Assembly: GCA_947626345.1 (NCBI GenBank)
Contig: CANQSF010000011.1
Coordinates: 3,050 to 67,049, forward strand
Length of the DNA stretch: 64,000 bases
Reading direction: 5' to 3'
Origin: an uncultured Oscillospiraceae bacterium
GTDB taxonomy: Bacteria; Bacillota; Clostridia; Oscillospirales; Oscillospiraceae
The notes under the pieces were generated by a model, which searched no databases, was not told the origin of the DNA, and was given only the letters and a program-made list of their open reading frames with translations. Below, piece after piece: positions 60,901 through 64,000 of the stretch. Position 1 is the first letter of the stretch. The number at the start of each line of letters is the position of its first letter. Position numbers and translations under genes: made by a program.

Positions 60901-61106
60901 GATAGCTGCCTCCTCGTATGGGTCCTTATATGGTATGGAGCGCGTCCTCCGGGGACGGACGGCACTGCTCCGCCGGCAGACGATCACGCCTGCCGGAACG
61001 GACACTTTTATACACGATAAAAATACCACTGTGTCAAGGAAAAAAGCAACGGTTTTTCAGCGCCGCCGAGCATTTTTTACGATTTAGCCAAAGGGACATA
61101 CAAAAA

Positions 61107-61125
61107 TTCTGTCATATAGACAGAA
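61107..61125. promoter_or_regulatory. Palindrome in the iolE / ABC-importer divergent control region
   Basis: TTCTGTC-ATATA-GACAGAA, with 7-bp perfect arms. Confidence 0.4.
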
Positions 61126-61213
61126 AATATTTTTTGCGGCCGATCAGGGGAAAAGGGAAGGGCGGGAGTGCCGCCAAAAATGCGGCCGGTCCCACCGATA
61201 GGAAATGGATAGA

Positions 61214-61244
61214 TTGCCCAAAACGGTCAGGACGTTTTGGGCAA
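61214..61244. promoter_or_regulatory. Long perfect palindrome in the same control region
   Basis: TTGCCCAAAACG-GTCAGGA-CGTTTTGGGCAA, with 12-bp perfect arms and no flanking T tract. Confidence 0.4.
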
Positions 61245-61451
61245 TAATCAACAGAAATGCAGAAGGATATTGATTTTGCTTGTGCAATGTGATAGGATAA
61301 TCACGATTTACCGGGGAATAACGGTTCGGTGAAAAAAGCAGAGTTCCGCGGAGCAGACCATCCGCGGCGGCGCTGCAAGGAGCGGCGTGATTTTTTTCGC
61401 AAAAAACTGATCAGTTTTCCCGGATATTTATCCGTAAAGGAGAAGAAAAGT

Positions 61452-62447
61452 ATGAAAAAGATCCTTGCACTGATGCTGGCCCTGCTGATGGTCCTGTCCC
61501 TGGCCGCCTGCGGCGGCGGCGGTGGGTCCGAGTCCAAAGAACCGGCTGCCGAGGGCGGTGAGGAGTACAACATCTCCGTCATCCTGAAGACCACTGCCTC
61601 CGAGTACTGGGGCTACGTGGTCGCCGGCGCCAACGCCTACATGAAGGACCACCCCAATGTGCACGTCGAGGTCAAGGGCGCTACCTCCGAGACCGCTTAT
61701 GACGAGCAGCAGAACATGATCGAGACCGATATGGCCAACGCGGACATCGACGGCTACGTCATCGCCCCCCTGCAGGCGGACATGGTCGCCAACATGATCG
61801 CCGGCCAGACCAAGCCCATCGTGGCTGTGGACACCGACATCGACGCCCCTGAGGTGCTGTCCTTCGTGGGCACCGGCAACGAGGCCGCCGGCAAGCTGGG
61901 CGGCGAGGCTGCCGCCAACCTGGCCAAGGAGCGCGGCTGGACCGAGATCAAGTGCATCGAGATCGCCGGCGTGCAGGGCGACTCCACCAATGAGGCCCGT
62001 ATGGCTGGCTACAAGGCCGGCATCGAGGCCGCCGGCGGCGAGTTCCTGTCCGACGAGGTCCAGTATGCCAACGCCGTGGCCGACCAGGCCACCACCTGCA
62101 TGGAAGCCATCATGCAGAACCATCCCGAGGGCATCGCCGTCATCTGCGCCAACAACGACGACATGGCCATGGCCGCCGCCCGTGCCGCTGCCGGCAACGA
62201 GGCCTATGCCAACACCGTGTTCCTGGGCTTCGACGGCATCCAGTCCGCCTGCAACTCCATCCTGGCCGGCGAGGAGACCATGAGCGTCTGCCAGCAGGGC
62301 TATGAGATGGGCTACAACTCCGTGGACGCCGTGGTCCGCGCCCTGCAGGGCGAGACCCTGGAGGAGTTCATCGACGCCGGCGCCAGCATCGTCGACCCCG
62401 ACACCGCCCAGGAGCGTCTGGAGCTGCTCCAGAGCTACCTCGAGTGA
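61452..62447 (+). CDS. Sugar-type ABC importer substrate-binding lipoprotein (RbsB/periplasmic-binding type 1)
   Basis: Start MKKILALMLALLMVLSLAAC (lipobox) with an AAAGGAG RBS. 331 aa. RbsB-like pattern (ISVILKTTASEYW.., IAVDTDI.., GF DGI). Confidence 0.85.
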   Translation: MKKILALMLALLMVLSLAACGGGGGSESKEPAAEGGEEYNISVILKTTASEYWGYVVAGANAYMKDHPNVHVEVKGATSETAYDEQQNMIETDMANADIDGYVIAPLQADMVANMIAGQTKPIVAVDTDIDAPEVLSFVGTGNEAAGKLGGEAAANLAKERGWTEIKCIEIAGVQGDSTNEARMAGYKAGIEAAGGEFLSDEVQYANAVADQATTCMEAIMQNHPEGIAVICANNDDMAMAAARAAAGNEAYANTVFLGFDGIQSACNSILAGEETMSVCQQGYEMGYNSVDAVVRALQGETLEEFIDAGASIVDPDTAQERLELLQSYLE

Positions 62448-62633
62448 TACCCCGGCAAACATATCCTTATAAGCGACTGACATAAGGTCGGGCCCCATCC
62501 CGGAGCATCTGGGGTGGGGCCCTCTGCCTTATCCGGGCCCCAGGCGGCCCGGCGGGCGGGCCCCGGGCCCGTCCATCCGCCCCGGGAGGTCCTCCCTTCC
62601 CCGGCGAGAACGAAGAGGAGGTGAACACACAAG

Positions 62634-64000
<1,367 letters not shown>

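Overview
This 64-kb window looks like chromosome from a high-G+C Firmicute. The protein families and tightly packed operons suggest Clostridia, possibly Oscillospiraceae, but this is inference and no search was run. I support about 60 protein genes, one tRNA-Leu(UAG), one cobalamin riboswitch, and many intrinsic terminators and near-consensus sigma-70 promoters.

Left to right the window contains:
- An AT-richer fragment with a frameshifted ParA-like remnant and two promoter-driven peptide genes with double-glycine leaders and Cys-rich cores.
- A TetR-controlled operon: flavin-reductase-like, membrane protein, DUF1295.
- A Lar-like zinc-ribbon gene, a patatin-like lipase, a TrxR-like flavoprotein and pyk.
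- A DUF4838 gene plus an NMT1/SsuA-type ABC importer, divergent from nagB/nagA.
- An ABC exporter with a structured leader, and a DUF6442-like/XRE pair.
- An aldolase / PFK-like / TIM-like / TauE operon.
- A B12-riboswitch-controlled BtuFCD-type importer operon.
- dus, then an ECF sigma / anti-sigma pair.
- A small AT-richer islet next to tRNA-Leu (SHOCT membrane protein, DUF4160/DUF2442).
- A ParB-like/BMP fusion gene coupled to a phosphoesterase gene.
- glgBA, deoC and infC-rpmI-rplT.
- An accessory block with a tyrosine recombinase, a candidate invertible promoter, a 960-aa cell-wall-binding surface protein and a catalytically degenerate recombinase paralog.
- A 13-gene co-directional cluster joining iolE-iolB-iolD-iolG, a split transketolase and a 4-hydroxybutyrate/butyryl-CoA module (4hbD, crt, CoA-transferase, abfD, bcd, etfBA).
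- A sugar-type ABC importer that runs off the window end.

The two observations I rate highest are the candidate OFF-state inverton upstream of the surface protein and the iol-transketolase-abfD supercluster, which lacks iolC/iolJ/iolA in this window.

CDS coordinates were derived from the ORF track by residue counting. Coordinates of non-coding features were counted by eye and may be off by 1-2 nt. G+C statements are visual and were not computed.
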